From: an uncultured Ignavibacteria bacterium | Lineage (GTDB): Bacteria > Zixibacteria > MSB-5A5 > CAIYYT01 | Direction: 5' to 3' | Assembly (NCBI GenBank): GCA_964576925.1 | Contig: CAZNWJ010000010.1 | Span: 69,736-133,735, forward strand | Length of the DNA stretch: 64,000 bases | Shown here: positions 62,577-64,000 of the stretch, in pieces | Position numbering within the stretch: the first letter of the stretch is position 1 | Layout: each line of letters opens with the position of its first letter | The notes under the pieces: model-generated | Databases searched by the model: none | What the model was told of the DNA's origin: nothing | What the model saw: the letters and a program-made list of their open reading frames with translations, nothing else | Position numbers and translations under genes: made by a program

Positions 62577-63308
62577 ATGATCGAAACACGCGACCTCTGC
62601 AAAAACTTCAAGGACAAAAAACGCGGCACCGTCAAGGCCGTCGACAGCGTCACTTTCAGCTGCAAACCGGGCGAGGTTTTTGGCCTCCTTGGGCCCAACG
62701 GCGCCGGCAAGACGACAACCCTGCGCATCATCTCGACCGCCCTGCGCCCCAGTTCGGGCACCGCACTGATTAACGGCATCGATGTCAGCAAAGACCCGCA
62801 GAAAGTCCGCGAGCAAATCGGCTTTCTCTCTGGTAACACTGGTCTATATGGTCGCCTGACCGCCCGCGAGATGGTCGCCTATTTCGGCAAGCTCTACGGC
62901 ATGGACGACACCACCATCAAGCGCCGCACCGACGATTTGTTCACCTTGCTGGACATGAACAAATTCGCCGACTCGCGCAACGAAAAGCTTTCGACCGGCA
63001 TGAAACAAAAGGTCTCCATCGTGCGCTCGGTGCTGCACGATCCGCCGGTCATGGTCTTCGATGAACCGACCTCCGGCCTCGATGTCATGAGTTCCCGCAC
63101 GATCGTCAACTTCATCAAGAAGTGTCGCGATGACGGCAAGTGCGTGATCTTCTCGACGCACATCATGTCGGAAGCGATGCGCCTTTGCGACCGCGTCGCC
63201 ATCATCCACAACGGCCGCATCTATAAGGAAGGCACCGTCAACCGGCTCCTCGAAGAGACCCAGACCAATAACCTCGAAGACGCCTTTATCAAGATCGTGG
63301 GAGAGTAA
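62577..63308 (+). CDS. ABC transporter ATP-binding protein (ABC-2/NatA-type)
   Basis: Walker A GPNGAGKTT, signature LSTGMKQK, Walker B VMVFDEPTSGLD, H-loop FSTHIM. Confidence 0.9.
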   Translation: MIETRDLCKNFKDKKRGTVKAVDSVTFSCKPGEVFGLLGPNGAGKTTTLRIISTALRPSSGTALINGIDVSKDPQKVREQIGFLSGNTGLYGRLTAREMVAYFGKLYGMDDTTIKRRTDDLFTLLDMNKFADSRNEKLSTGMKQKVSIVRSVLHDPPVMVFDEPTSGLDVMSSRTIVNFIKKCRDDGKCVIFSTHIMSEAMRLCDRVAIIHNGRIYKEGTVNRLLEETQTNNLEDAFIKIVGE

Positions 63309-63311
63309 GTT

Positions 63312-64000
63312 ATGCAACTCAAGAACATCAAGACGATCTTTGCCAAGGAACTCAAGGACACCCTCCGCGACCGCCGCACGCTGATCTTCATGCTGATCGT
63401 GCCGATTGTCGCCATGCCGTTGCTGATGACCGGCATCTCGCGCCTGATGATCTCCCAGGTCAAGAAAATCGAAGCCCAGAAGTCGACGCTCGTGGTCCAG
63501 AACATCAATCAACTGCCGGCCGACCTGCAGGACACGATCAAGACCTCCGCGCAATTCGAATTGATCGATGAAAACAAGTATGGAGATGCCGCCATCGACA
63601 CGCTCAAGGCCGGCGGCCTCGATCTCGTCGTAGTTGTCCCGGAGAACTTCGCGGCGGCGATTGAACTTGAGTCGCCCACCGATATCGAAATCTACTACGA
63701 CCGGGCCGACGATCGCTCCAATTCCGCCGAAGACAAAATGACTGATCTGCTCAACCGCTACAAAGAGCGCACGGTCGCGGCCCGCCTCGTCAAACGCAGT
63801 ATCTCGACCGATCTGCTGACGCCTTTTGAAAAGGTCCGCAACAGCGTCGCCTCGGCGCAAAAACTCGCCGGGCAAACCCTCGGCCGCATGTTGCCGTACT
63901 TCTTCATCCTGATGTGTTTCCTCGGCGCGATGTACCCCGCGATCGATCTGTGCGTCGGCGAAAAAGAACGCGGCACGCTGGAGACACTGCTGGTTGCACC
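63312..64000 (+). CDS. ABC-2 family permease (NatB-like), 3'-truncated at window end
   Basis: Translated by hand: MQLKNIKTIFAKELKDTLRDRRTLIFMLIVPIVAMPLL… with the characteristic …GEKERGTLETLL… motif. Not in the ORF track because it has no in-window stop. Confidence 0.75.
   Translation, partial: MQLKNIKTIFAKELKDTLRDRRTLIFMLIVPIVAMPLLMTGISRLMISQVKKIEAQKSTLVVQNINQLPADLQDTIKTSAQFELIDENKYGDAAIDTLKAGGLDLVVVVPENFAAAIELESPTDIEIYYDRADDRSNSAEDKMTDLLNRYKERTVAARLVKRSISTDLLTPFEKVRNSVASAQKLAGQTLGRMLPYFFILMCFLGAMYPAIDLCVGEKERGTLETLLVA

Noticed and set aside
62844-63875. 343-aa - strand ORF overlapping the ABC-2 ATPase/permease genes
   Set aside because: Antisense to genes with clear Walker/ABC motifs; Asp/Gly/Arg-rich low-complexity translation.

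Overview
High-GC (~60%) bacterial chromosomal segment, densely coding on both strands, with no rRNA, tRNA or CRISPR that I could see. A classic T9SS-type C-terminal sorting domain (Por_Secre_tail-like) on a cupredoxin, together with dockerin-like modules, suggests an FCB-superphylum or related candidate-phylum organism; that placement is inference. Main content: (1) a dense block of FtsX/MacB-type ABC permeases: three ~790-aa permeases plus one ATPase on the + strand, and a periplasmic adaptor plus two ~410-aa permeases on the - strand. (2) Three very large secreted proteins all ending in the same tandem dockerin-type-I-like Ca-binding module: an M1 zinc aminopeptidase, a beta-propeller/FG-GAP/FN3 protein, and a 1660-aa C25 gingipain-like cysteine peptidase. 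(3) A competence-like operon of a RecQ-type helicase fused to a ComFC-type PRTase domain, followed by DprA. (4) A cobalamin-dependent radical SAM enzyme bracketed by two translationally coupled 4-TM proteins. (5) A TlpA / DUF4266 / DUF3570 / ApbE flavinylation-type envelope cluster. (6) A chemotaxis receptor with a CxxCH haem-c motif in its periplasmic sensor, aquaporin Z, a hybrid histidine kinase, prolyl aminopeptidase, lpdA, aspartate racemase, acyl-CoA dehydrogenase, an LPS/O-antigen-type cluster (TPR, ligase-like, Wzz-like, GT9), a STAS protein, a second M1 peptidase and an ABC-2 (NatAB-like) pair. (7) A DUF559 endonuclease-like gene embedded in a repeat structure (two 121-bp direct repeats, a 22-bp inverted repeat, and a recurring CCCCTCTC/GAGAGGGG palindrome). 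CDS ends follow the supplied ORF track. Small features (terminators, repeats) were positioned by reading line labels; in at least two places (near 32042 and 32581) my label-based counting disagreed with the track by 1-20 nt, so small-feature coordinates are approximate.
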